Made by a program: the position numbers and the translations under genes. The notes beneath the pieces were generated by a model. That model worked only from the letters and a program-made list of their open reading frames with translations. It searched no databases and was not told the origin of the DNA. Shown here one piece after another: positions 1 through 8,622 of a DNA stretch of 56,516 nt. Every line of letters begins with the position of its first letter. Positions within the stretch are counted from its first letter, which is position 1. The DNA is from Eubacteriales bacterium (GTDB taxonomy: Bacteria; Bacillota; Clostridia; Oscillospirales; CAG-272). The stretch spans positions 1 to 56,516 of the forward strand of contig JAZRGD010000052.1 in assembly GCA_045644045.1 (NCBI GenBank). The letters are read 5' to 3'.

Positions 1-150
1 AAGTTTGCCCTTTCGGGCAAGTGAAGTTGCCTTCGGCAGTGAAGTTCACTGCGTGAGTGAAGCTTCGCCTAACGGCGAAGTGGGGCGGACTTAACTTCGC
101 TTTGCGGGTGAAACAAGCAAAACTTCACTGTGAACGGAGCAAACAATTTC
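1..150. repeat. Hairpin-array repeat, copy A (left end cut by the window): GTGAAGTT-plus-short-hairpin units followed by AACTTC(G/A)C units
   Basis: GTGAAGTT occurs at 21-28 and 39-46, and GTGAAGCT at 57-64, with an 18-nt period. Each word is followed by a small hairpin: TGCC-ttc-GGCA, CAC-tgc-GTG, CTTCGCC-taac-GGCGAAG. The reverse-complement word occurs at 93-100 and 121-128. The first ~95 nt align with 20818-20912. Confidence 0.7.
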
Positions 151-200
151 ATTCAAAATTTATTTCACAACTGAAACGAAAAAAGAAAAGGAGCAAAAAA

Positions 201-845
201 ATGAAAAAGATCGTTTTGATCGGTGATTCTATCAGAATGGGCTACGATAAATATATCAAGGACGCGCTGAGCGGAGCCGCCGAGGTGTTTTATCCTTCCG
301 AAAACTGCAAATTCGCGGAGTACGTGTTACGCTTTGCGCACGAATGGAAGGCAAGCGGAAAGTGGGGGAGTGATGTCGATCTCGTCCATTGGAACGCGGG
401 GCTTTGGGATGCGTTGGAGCTGTTCGGTGACGAGCCGCTCACGTCGCTTTCCTATTACGGCGAGGCGATCGCGCGGATAGACAAAAGACTGCGTATGCTT
501 TTTCCAAAGGCTAAAATAGTGTTTGCAACCTCCACCAACGTCAACGAGGCAATGGCCAATCCCAAATTTATGCGCCACAACACAACCATAGAAAAATACA
601 ACGCCGAGGCACTTCGCGCCTTGTCGGGCACCGATACCGTTATCAATGATCTTTATTCGCTTACGGCATCCGTTCCCGATTCTTATCGCTCTGATTGGGT
701 TCATTTTTACACGCCGGAAGGCACGGAGCTGATCGGCGGCAAGGTCTTGTCCGTAATCTGCGAGATCCTTTCTATCACACCCGAACAGATCAATATGGAA
801 AGCTTTGAGTCGGAAAACTATTCAAAGAGCAATATCGGATATTGA
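201..845 (+). CDS. SGNH/GDSL-family hydrolase (esterase/lipase-like)
   Basis: ORF 57..845 trimmed to ATG 201, which follows an AAAGGAG ribosome-binding site. The N-terminal 'VLIGDSI' is the SGNH block I motif. The part upstream of 201 lies in the hairpin repeat. Confidence 0.85.
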   Translation: MKKIVLIGDSIRMGYDKYIKDALSGAAEVFYPSENCKFAEYVLRFAHEWKASGKWGSDVDLVHWNAGLWDALELFGDEPLTSLSYYGEAIARIDKRLRMLFPKAKIVFATSTNVNEAMANPKFMRHNTTIEKYNAEALRALSGTDTVINDLYSLTASVPDSYRSDWVHFYTPEGTELIGGKVLSVICEILSITPEQINMESFESENYSKSNIGY

Positions 846-917
846 GTGACCCCTCGCGCGCTCTGCTTTTGTCGAGCGCTTCGCAAAACAAGCTTAAAAC
901 AAAAAAGGAGAAGCATC

Positions 918-1562
918 ATGAAAACGATCGCATTTTTGGGAGATAGCATTACATACGGCTATGCTTTGACCGACAAGAGCCAAAGGTACGCTACGATATT
1001 ATCGGAGCAGCTCGGATTAGAGGAAGAAAATTACGGGATCACAGGCACACTGGTTGCGAAGGCGGGACTGAACGATTCCGATGAGAAGGATTTCGTCAGC
1101 CGAATGCACCTGATTGAAAGTGCCGACGTGGCTGTGATCTTTGGTGGAACCAACGACTATTTTTGGAGTGACAAGCCCATCGCGGGCGAAGATGACTCTG
1201 CCTTTGCCCACGCCGTTGAAACCATTGGAAAATGGGTTTTGGCGAGCAGAAAAGGCAAGGTTACTCTCTTTGTTACCCCCTATACCCACAACGGCATTGG
1301 TAACCGTCAGGGCGGCGCTCATTTCAAGGACGCCGATCGGCACGACACCACCGCCGTCAACTACAACGGACACGTTTTGAACGACTACGTTGCGGTGATT
1401 GAGTCTACCTGCGAAAGGCTGGGTCTCCCTTGCCTCAATTTACATAAGGATTTTGCCTTCGATTGGAGACGGCACACTTTAGACGGCTGTCACCCCAACG
1501 AGGAAGGACACCGCTTGTTGGCGGATGCCATCGGCCAAAAGCTGAAGGAATTGATTGGATAA
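918..1562 (+). CDS. SGNH/GDSL-family hydrolase
   Basis: ORF 846..1562 trimmed to ATG 918, which follows AAGGAG. Carries 'FLGDSITYGY' (block I), 'GGTNDY' (block III) and 'DGCHPNEEGH' (block V, DxxH). Confidence 0.85.
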   Translation: MKTIAFLGDSITYGYALTDKSQRYATILSEQLGLEEENYGITGTLVAKAGLNDSDEKDFVSRMHLIESADVAVIFGGTNDYFWSDKPIAGEDDSAFAHAVETIGKWVLASRKGKVTLFVTPYTHNGIGNRQGGAHFKDADRHDTTAVNYNGHVLNDYVAVIESTCERLGLPCLNLHKDFAFDWRRHTLDGCHPNEEGHRLLADAIGQKLKELIG

Positions 1563-1606
1563 GACCGCATGTTCTGGCCGCTTTGACCTGAGGAAAGGAA
1601 ACTAAA

Positions 1607-2497
1607 ATGCAAAACAAAAAAACAACTGTCAGGGAATTGCTTTTCGATCTGCTTTGCGCCATCCTGGCGGGCATCGTCGTGGGTACTGCCTACCATTTTT
1701 TTCAGAACAGCAACGGCTTCGCCCCCGGTGGCGTGGGCGGTCTCGCCACCATCACCCACCATCTTTTGGAGGACAGGGTCGGCTGGTCGGTCTTAATGGT
1801 GGCCTTTAACCTGCCCATCTTTGTTTTGGTCAGTGCCATGGTCGACAAAAAGCTTGGACTGTTCCTCAGTCTCTATATGCTGGTGCAATCCTTTACCCCT
1901 CAGCTTTGGACACTCCTTGGCGCCTTGCCCTATTCCCATGCCACGGGCGGTGAGGATTTTAACGTGGTGTTCGCCTGTATCGCCACGGGCGTGGTTTCGG
2001 GCTTTGGCTTTTCCTTGATGCTCAGACGCTTTGGTGCCAGTGGCGGCACGTACGGCATCTCCGCCCTGATCAGAAAGGCGCGCCCCGAGACCAATATTGC
2101 CTACGTATCCTTCGTGATGGACGCAAGCGTGGTCGTTATCGCCTTTTTTGTGTACGGAATGAAGGTGACCCCCGTGATCTGTACCCTTCTCAACCTCTTT
2201 ATCGCCAACGTCATCGTGGACAACGGTCTCAGTGGTATGAAGAACGGCTATAAGTTTGAGATCATCACGAGCCACCCCAAGGAGCTGTCCGAGGAGCTGA
2301 TGACCCGCTTAAAGCACGGCGTGACCGAGATCAAGGTACACGGTATGTATTCGGATACCGAAAAATATATGCTGGTCTGCATCATCAATAAAAGGCAGAT
2401 CGGTGAGATGATGAAGATCATCAAGGCGTATCCCGACACCTTTGCCGACTTCCAAAAGGTCAGCGAGGTGTTCGGAAACTTCAAACGGAAGGTATGA
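1607..2497 (+). CDS. YitT-family membrane protein (C-terminal DUF2179-type domain)
   Basis: Multi-TM N-terminal part with 'FAPGGVGGLA' and 'GASGGTYG' repeats typical of YitT. Soluble C-terminal domain 'FEIITSHPKEL...VTEIKVHGMY'. Confidence 0.85.
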   Translation: MQNKKTTVRELLFDLLCAILAGIVVGTAYHFFQNSNGFAPGGVGGLATITHHLLEDRVGWSVLMVAFNLPIFVLVSAMVDKKLGLFLSLYMLVQSFTPQLWTLLGALPYSHATGGEDFNVVFACIATGVVSGFGFSLMLRRFGASGGTYGISALIRKARPETNIAYVSFVMDASVVVIAFFVYGMKVTPVICTLLNLFIANVIVDNGLSGMKNGYKFEIITSHPKELSEELMTRLKHGVTEIKVHGMYSDTEKYMLVCIINKRQIGEMMKIIKAYPDTFADFQKVSEVFGNFKRKV

Positions 2498-2520
2498 CAA
2501 AGGACGTTCGGAGGGGATAG

Positions 2521-3483
2521 ATGTATATTGGAATTTTTACCGCCGTAGCTTTGGTTGGGGCTGTTGTTGCCGTGTGGCTGTACGACCGCCACAAAAGAGC
2601 GCGCGAAAATTTTATTGCGACGCACAGCACCGCCTTGCGGAATTTGCGGCAGATCAACGCGAAGCACCGCTTTCATGAGGTCGGGCGATTTGACGTGACC
2701 CATTCCTATGACAACCAAAACTTTTTCGCTGATATTTCTCCAAAGGATTTTTTGACCTACAGTCTTGTGAAAAAGGAAACCAAGGTCAAGGAAGCCATGC
2801 GTTTGGCGGAAGAAAACCAAACCACGTACCTGCTATACAAAAACGAGATTGAGAACACCTGTGTTTGGGGGAAATACGACGTCGAGATCCCGTTCAAAAA
2901 TAAAAAGAGTCTTTCTAAAATGGAAGAAAAGCAGTTCTGGGCCATTTTTAAAAGACCCACTGTTCGCTTTGAAATCACGGTCAAGCTTCGCTTGACCAAT
3001 ATCCGAGGCACGTATTTGACGCACAAATCCAAGACCTTTGGCGCGGAGGACATTGAGCGCATTTTAGAAGGGCTTGCGAGAAAGTCAGGAGATTTTTATC
3101 TGGACGAGGAAATCTGGCAATCCATTTGCCGCGTAGAGCGGGGAAGGGTCACCAACAAGATGCGGTTTGCTATCTATAGCCGCGACGGATACCGTTGCCG
3201 AAAGTGCGGCAGAAGAACGCAAGACCTTGAGGTGGATCATATTTTTCCCATTGCCAAGGGTGGCAAGTCAGATTTCGAAAATCTACAGACCCTTTGCCAC
3301 AGGTGCAACAAGCTGAAATCGGACACTGTAGAGCCGGGAGCAGTCGACCCAAGGGCGAAAAAGCACGGTCTCAAGGAGATATGTCCCCTTTGCGGTGCGC
3401 CTCTGGCCCTTCGTAGAGGGAAGAATGGGGATTTTTACGGTTGCGTTAACTATCCGCAGTGCAAGTTTACCAAGAAAGCCTGA
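2521..3483 (+). CDS. Membrane-anchored HNH endonuclease with C-terminal topoisomerase-type C4 zinc ribbon
   Basis: N-terminal TM helix 'IGIFTAVALVGAVVAVWLY'. HNH core 'YRCRKCG...LEVDHIFPIAKGG...NLQTLCHRCNKLKSD'. C-terminal 'CPLCGAPL...FYGCVNYPQCKF'. GGAGGGG ribosome-binding site before the ATG. Markedly AT-rich compared with its neighbours. Confidence 0.75.
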   Translation: MYIGIFTAVALVGAVVAVWLYDRHKRARENFIATHSTALRNLRQINAKHRFHEVGRFDVTHSYDNQNFFADISPKDFLTYSLVKKETKVKEAMRLAEENQTTYLLYKNEIENTCVWGKYDVEIPFKNKKSLSKMEEKQFWAIFKRPTVRFEITVKLRLTNIRGTYLTHKSKTFGAEDIERILEGLARKSGDFYLDEEIWQSICRVERGRVTNKMRFAIYSRDGYRCRKCGRRTQDLEVDHIFPIAKGGKSDFENLQTLCHRCNKLKSDTVEPGAVDPRAKKHGLKEICPLCGAPLALRRGKNGDFYGCVNYPQCKFTKKA

Positions 3484-3502
3484 CGTACCAAGGAGAAAAA
3501 TA

Positions 3503-4252
3503 TTGAAAAACAAGCTGAATTACGTAATGGACATCGGCGAAAGAATGCTGGTCAGCGGGGCTGAGGTCAGCCGCGTGGAGGACAGTGTTAGCCGTATTTG
3601 CCACGCCATGGGCGGTGTGAGAACGGATTGCTTCATCATCACCAGTCTGATGGTCGTCACGGTACACGACGCGCAGGGACAGACCCATACCCAAACGAGA
3701 AGGATCCGCTCCCTCGGCAACGATTTTGACAAGCTGGACAAGCTCAACCGTCTCTCAAGGCGTATCTGCGCAGAAAAGATGACGGAGGAGGAGATCGAAA
3801 AGGAGATCGCCGAGATCGACAGGTGCAAGCCCTATTCGCTCCCCGTCTCCTTCGCCACCTATGCCATCATCGCCGCTGCCTTTACCCTTTTCTTTGGTGG
3901 AACGATACTGCAAAGCCTTTTGGCTCTCGCGGTGGGCGGTGGCGTTAGAGCGGCGGTGCTGCTCTCGGAGCGAACCCTGAAAAACCCTATTTTCTGTACC
4001 TTTACCTCTGCCGCCGTGCTGACGGCACTTGCCCTTTTTGTCTCTCGCCTTACCCATCTCGGAGAGGACGAGATCATCATCGGCAGTATCATGCTTCTTG
4101 TGTCGGGACTTGGCTTTACCAACGCCCTGCGCGACCTGTTCACGGGTGACAGCATTTCGGGCATTCTGCGTTTTCTTGAGGCATTGCTTGGCGCGGTGGC
4201 CATTGCCGCAGGCTATTTCCTTGTGTCCTTTATCGGAGGTGCGATCGTATGA
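3503..4252 (+). CDS. Threonine/serine exporter family protein (ThrE N-type, DUF1212)
   Basis: In-frame TTG at 3503 lies 7 nt after AGGAG; ATG 3527 is the alternative start. 'GERMLVSGAEVSRVEDSV' is the family hallmark. TM-rich C-terminal half. Confidence 0.8.
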   Translation: MKNKLNYVMDIGERMLVSGAEVSRVEDSVSRICHAMGGVRTDCFIITSLMVVTVHDAQGQTHTQTRRIRSLGNDFDKLDKLNRLSRRICAEKMTEEEIEKEIAEIDRCKPYSLPVSFATYAIIAAAFTLFFGGTILQSLLALAVGGGVRAAVLLSERTLKNPIFCTFTSAAVLTALALFVSRLTHLGEDEIIIGSIMLLVSGLGFTNALRDLFTGDSISGILRFLEALLGAVAIAAGYFLVSFIGGAIV

Positions 4253-4725
4253 AAGAGGCAATTTTACAAATCATCGCCGCCACCGTAGGCTCTCTCGGCT
4301 TTGGCATCCTGTTCCAGGTGCGCGGCAAGCATCTTTTGACGGTCGCTGTTGGCGGTGGCCTCGGTTGGCTTTTGTGTATTCTTTTGAATCTTATGATTCC
4401 CAACGAGGCGGTGGTCTATTTCATCGTAGCCGTTGCCATATCCCTCTATACCGAGGTCATGGCGAGAATTTTAAAGGCGCCCACTACCGTCTTTCTTGCC
4501 CCCGCGCTGATCCCCTTAGTGCCCGGCGCATCTCTCTACTACACCATGGCACACGCCTTTGACGGCGAGCTGACGCAGTTTGTAGAGCGTGGCCTTAAAA
4601 CGGTATCCTTGGCGGCGGCTCTTGCCATCGGCGTCATTCTCTCCGCCGTTTTGGTCAAGCTTTACGGAAAGGCTTTGGCTGTCAGGCAAGCGCAAAAAGG
4701 AGCAAAGCAAAATGGAAAAAGGTGA
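4249..4725 (+). CDS. Threonine/serine exporter family protein (ThrE C-type, DUF3815)
   Basis: ATGA start/stop overlap with the previous gene. Small four-to-five-TM protein, the usual partner of DUF1212 proteins. Confidence 0.8.
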   Translation: MKEAILQIIAATVGSLGFGILFQVRGKHLLTVAVGGGLGWLLCILLNLMIPNEAVVYFIVAVAISLYTEVMARILKAPTTVFLAPALIPLVPGASLYYTMAHAFDGELTQFVERGLKTVSLAAALAIGVILSAVLVKLYGKALAVRQAQKGAKQNGKR

Positions 4726-5464
4726 AAAAACGACAGACCGCGCGGATTTCGTCACCTACGCCCACAGAGGTGCCTCCCACTATGCGCCCGAAAACACCAT
4801 GATGTCCTTTTATATGGGACTTTGGCAGGGGGCGAACGGCATTGAGACCGACGTGCAGAAAACCAAGGACGGCGTTCTCGTCCTTTTCCACGACAACACC
4901 CTCACGCGCGTCACGGGAGAGACGGGAAGCGTCTCGGACTACACCTACAGAGAGCTGTCTGCCTTCACCGTCAAAAAGGGCGCGCTTTGGGACAAGATAC
5001 CCACCTTCGAGGATTTCCTCTCCCATTTCGCCTGCCGCGATATCACCTTTGCCATCGAGCTGAAGGTGGAGGGCATCGAAAAAGAGGTGGCAGACCTGAT
5101 CTTTCGCTACGGTATCGAAGGAAAAACCGTGGTCACCTCCTTCCATATGGAGTATATCCGTGCCATCAAGGAATACGCCCCCACGCTCCGCATCGGCTAT
5201 TTGACCAAGGACGTGAGTGAGGACACGGTGAACGCCCTTCTTGCCATGGGGGCGGACGAGATCTGCCCCAAGGGGTGCGATGTGACTCCCGAGCGTGTTG
5301 CCCTATGGCATGAAAAAGGCCTTAATGTACGCGCCTGGGGGATCACCGACACCGATATTATGAAAAGTGTGTATGACGCGGGGGTGGATGGTATGACCGT
5401 CAATTTCCCCGACACGCTTTTGGCTTATATCAGAGAGACCCGAAACGAAAGGGAGCAAAAATGA
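4712..5464 (+). CDS. Glycerophosphodiester phosphodiesterase (GDPD)
   Basis: ORF 4589..5464 trimmed to ATG 4712, which follows AAAGGAG. 'YAHRGASHYAPENTMMSF...GIETDVQKTKDGVLVLFHD' is the GDPD signature. Confidence 0.85.
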   Translation: MEKGEKTTDRADFVTYAHRGASHYAPENTMMSFYMGLWQGANGIETDVQKTKDGVLVLFHDNTLTRVTGETGSVSDYTYRELSAFTVKKGALWDKIPTFEDFLSHFACRDITFAIELKVEGIEKEVADLIFRYGIEGKTVVTSFHMEYIRAIKEYAPTLRIGYLTKDVSEDTVNALLAMGADEICPKGCDVTPERVALWHEKGLNVRAWGITDTDIMKSVYDAGVDGMTVNFPDTLLAYIRETRNEREQK

Positions 5465-7089
5465 AAGTATGTGTTTTGCAGCCCCACTATTCCTTCCATA
5501 CCGCCGATGCGGATGCTTGCTTTGCGGATCTGCTCGCCTTGATGGATGCGTGCGACGAAAGCCTTGACCTGATCGTCCTCCCCGAATACAGCGATGCCCT
5601 TGCCGACGTGGCGGGAAAGGACGGCTTTTACGCCATATCCGAGAAGTATAATGCCACTCTGCTGGAAAAAGCGGCCGCCACCGCCCGTCGCTGTCACGCC
5701 CTTTTGTTCGTCAATGCGGGCTGCAAAACGGAGCAGGGCATTCGCAACACCACCCACGCCTTTGACCGTGAGGGAAATCTCATTGGTCGCTATTTCAAGG
5801 CGCACCCCGCCCCCAGCGAGGTAAAGACCGACGGGGAAGGGGGACATGCGTTGGACGTGGCGTACAGCTACGAAATGAACGCTCCCTATATCCTTGAGGC
5901 AGAGGGGCTGCGCTTTGCCTTCCTCACTTGCTACGACTTCTATTTCTATGAGAATTTTCCGCAGATCGCCAGGCAAAACGCGGATATCATCATCGGATGC
6001 TCCTTGCAGAGGACGGATACTCACGAGGCCCTTTCTATCATCGGGAAATTCCTCTCTTACAACACCAACGCTTATTTGGTTCGTGCGTCGGTCTCCCTCG
6101 GTGAGGATAGCCCACTTTGCGGAAGCAGTATGGTGGTCGCGCCCGATGGTACCGAGCTGCTTAATATGAAAAGCAGGGTGGGTTTAGGCACCACTCACAT
6201 TGACCCGGAAAAGAAATATTATAAGCCCGCAGGGCATCTTGGTGCCCCTAAGGCTCATTATCAGTACATAGAAGAGGGCAGAAGGCCTTGGCTTTACCGC
6301 AACGGCGGTGCCTCTGTGGTGCGGACGGACGAGAAAATGCCCTATCCCCGTCTGTGTGCCCACCGTGGCTTTAATACCGTTGCCCCCGAAAACAGTATGC
6401 CCGCCTTTGGCGCCGCCGTTGCGCTGGGCGCGGAGGAGATCGAGCTTGACATTTGGTCTACCTCCGACGGCGTTCTGGTGTCCTGCCACGACGCCACTCT
6501 TGAGCGCGTCAGCAACGGGGAGGGGAAGATCTACGAAAAGACCTTTGCCGAGCTTCGCGCCCTTGATTTCGGTGTCAAGCACGGGGAGAAGTTCGCGGGG
6601 CTTACCATTCCTACCTTTGAGGAAATCTTGCAAAAATTCGCGGGGCGAGTGATCATGAACCTGCACGTGAAGATCTGGGACGCCCGCTTTGAAAAGCACA
6701 TGTTAGAGGAGATCGTTTCGCTCATCCGCAAATACGATTGTGAGAAGCAGGTCTACTTTATGACCACCAACGACGATATGATCCGCCGCGCCATGGCCTA
6801 TGCCCCCGACATCGGTTGCTGTGTGGGCTGGAACGGCAACAAGGAGGACCCCATGTCCATCGTAGACCGTGCCATCGCCCTCGGTGCCTACAAGGTACAG
6901 CTTTTCAAGCCCTATTTCAACGAGGAAAGCGTAAAGAAGGCACATGCCCACGGTATTCTTTGCAACGTGTTTTATGCTGACGACCCCGAGGAGGCAAGAG
7001 CATATTTCCGTATGGGCATCGACACCGTGCTGACCAATGATTATCTGGCTATCTATAACGCTGTAAAGGACGAATATTTCAAAAAATAA
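5461..7089 (+). CDS. Fusion protein: carbon-nitrogen hydrolase (nitrilase superfamily) domain plus GDPD domain
   Basis: ATGA overlap with the previous GDPD gene. The N-terminal half has 'LIVLPEY' and 'FLTCYDFYF' (CN-hydrolase Glu and Cys blocks). The C-terminal half has 'CAHRGFNTVAPENSMPAF...EIELDIWSTSDGVLVSCHD' (GDPD). Confidence 0.8.
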   Translation: MKVCVLQPHYSFHTADADACFADLLALMDACDESLDLIVLPEYSDALADVAGKDGFYAISEKYNATLLEKAAATARRCHALLFVNAGCKTEQGIRNTTHAFDREGNLIGRYFKAHPAPSEVKTDGEGGHALDVAYSYEMNAPYILEAEGLRFAFLTCYDFYFYENFPQIARQNADIIIGCSLQRTDTHEALSIIGKFLSYNTNAYLVRASVSLGEDSPLCGSSMVVAPDGTELLNMKSRVGLGTTHIDPEKKYYKPAGHLGAPKAHYQYIEEGRRPWLYRNGGASVVRTDEKMPYPRLCAHRGFNTVAPENSMPAFGAAVALGAEEIELDIWSTSDGVLVSCHDATLERVSNGEGKIYEKTFAELRALDFGVKHGEKFAGLTIPTFEEILQKFAGRVIMNLHVKIWDARFEKHMLEEIVSLIRKYDCEKQVYFMTTNDDMIRRAMAYAPDIGCCVGWNGNKEDPMSIVDRAIALGAYKVQLFKPYFNEESVKKAHAHGILCNVFYADDPEEARAYFRMGIDTVLTNDYLAIYNAVKDEYFKK

Positions 7090-7101
7090 GGAGATACCGC
7101 C

Positions 7102-7479
7102 ATGCGCTTTATTGCTTACGAAAAGAAAATGGGAGAATACACTCTTCCCGAGGGCTTGAAGGAAAAGCTCGCGGGCCTCACGCCCGAGGAGCAGATTCCC
7201 TTCTTTTATACCGCCGAATACCGCACCTTTGAAAACTCCGGTTGGAGCAACCGCACCGAAGGCGGCGCCCTGGTGCCTGTCACCAAAAGCGCGGAGGTAA
7301 AGGAGCTGATCGTGGACGACGGCATCGTCGTGGGCTGTATGATGTGCAACGAATACGGCGGCTTGACCGTTTGCTTTATTAATGAGTGCGTTTGCACCTA
7401 CTCCACCGAGGAAAACAACGGTGCGGGCTACAAATACCGTGACGATTATACCTATTTTGTCGTGGCAGACAAGAAATAA
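7102..7479 (+). CDS. Hypothetical protein (125 aa, Cys-rich centre)
   Basis: ORF with AAGGAGA 6-7 nt upstream of the ATG. No family recognised. Contains the Cys cluster 'CMMCNEYGGLTVCFINECVC'. Confidence 0.55.
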   Translation: MRFIAYEKKMGEYTLPEGLKEKLAGLTPEEQIPFFYTAEYRTFENSGWSNRTEGGALVPVTKSAEVKELIVDDGIVVGCMMCNEYGGLTVCFINECVCTYSTEENNGAGYKYRDDYTYFVVADKK

Positions 7480-7564
7480 AATAGCAGAAAGATCGAATAA
7501 AAGCCATAATGTTTTATTCGCAAATACGAAAGAATCAAGGCAGGGAAGGATCGTGAACAAGAAA

Positions 7565-7831
7565 ATGACCGTCAAAACGGAGCGGGGCATAGCCTCTTGC
7601 GTCCTTTCTGACGAAAAAAGCTTTGATGTGCAGTTGATGGAGCTTTTTGGCTTCACCAAGGGACACGGTATGTGGGCAGGCGTGGAGGACGGATGCGTGA
7701 AGGTGCAGGACTATTTCGCGCAGGAGACCCTCGCCTCCTTTCCCATTCTTCAGATAGAGGACACCGATGAGCCCGTCTCCCTCAAATGGACGCCCGTCCT
7801 CGTTGCGCCGGAGGGGGGACTGCCGTCATGA
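7565..7831 (+). CDS. Hypothetical small protein
   Basis: Internal ATG of ORF 7382..7831; GTG 7553 is an alternative start. Its stop overlaps the next start (ATGA). No family recognised and the start is uncertain. Confidence 0.4.
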   Translation: MTVKTERGIASCVLSDEKSFDVQLMELFGFTKGHGMWAGVEDGCVKVQDYFAQETLASFPILQIEDTDEPVSLKWTPVLVAPEGGLPS

Positions 7832-8595
7832 AGCGTAGAGAAAGATCAAGAGACACGCTTGGAGAGGCGATTCTTGAGATCCTTCTCACTGCCGTTTCCT
7901 TCGGCGTGGGCTTTGGGATATTCGCTCTTTTTGGAGGTGCGTCTTCCGCTACGGAGAAGGACGGCGACCTGTTGACTCTTGCGGGGCTGGCTGTCATCGC
8001 GTCGGTGGTGGGCATTGCCGTTTTTCTTTGCCGCCGCATTCGCCGCCGCTTGCGCGTTGCCATTCACAGTGGCGACGGCATCAGCCTCGTTCCCATGCGG
8101 AAAAAGGGGTTTGAGGACTTCTATCGTGCCCTCTGCCGCTCCTTCGTTTGGGAGGAAACGCGAGAGAAGGACGACGCCTACGCCACCTTAAGCGACCCTC
8201 GCTTTACCGTCTACCGTATCGTGGAAAACGACCGCCCCGTCGGGTATATTACCTTATGGCGTCTCTCCCGCCTCACCTTCGTGGAGCATTTCTTCATTTT
8301 TGATGAATATCGTAGCCACGGCTACGGCGCGAGAGTGCTGGGGATGGTAAAGGAGGCCTTTGGCCCCCTCATTCTTGAGGTGGAGCCAGCCGAGGACAGC
8401 GAGCTCGCCGCCCGTCGCGTGGGCTTCTACGAGAGATGCGGCTTCCATCTGAACGACTACCCCTACGCACAGCCCTCCTTCCATGGGGAGGCACCCGTGC
8501 CCTTGAGGCTGATGACTTGTCCCGAAAGGCTGAACGACCCGTCTTCCGCCGCAGAGGAGATTTACGAGGTGGTTTACGGGATAAGGAAAGGATAA
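7828..8595 (+). CDS. GNAT-family N-acetyltransferase with two N-terminal TM helices
   Basis: ORF 7786..8595 trimmed to ATG 7828. TM helices 'ILLTAVSFGVGFGIFALF' and 'LAGLAVIASVVGIAVFL'. GNAT core 'FIFDEYRSHGYGARVL...FYERCGF'. Confidence 0.75.
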   Translation: MKRRERSRDTLGEAILEILLTAVSFGVGFGIFALFGGASSATEKDGDLLTLAGLAVIASVVGIAVFLCRRIRRRLRVAIHSGDGISLVPMRKKGFEDFYRALCRSFVWEETREKDDAYATLSDPRFTVYRIVENDRPVGYITLWRLSRLTFVEHFFIFDEYRSHGYGARVLGMVKEAFGPLILEVEPAEDSELAARRVGFYERCGFHLNDYPYAQPSFHGEAPVPLRLMTCPERLNDPSSAAEEIYEVVYGIRKG

Positions 8596-8622
8596 AAGAG
8601 GTATTTTCCCCCTGACGCTTAT

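Noticed and set aside
57-200. N-terminal 48-aa extension of ORF 57..845 that runs across the hairpin repeat
   Set aside because: A good AAAGGAG ribosome-binding site precedes ATG 201, and the SGNH block I motif starts right after it. The same repeat at 20818 has stop codons in the corresponding frame and sits in a non-coding gap, so the extension is an ORF-calling artefact.
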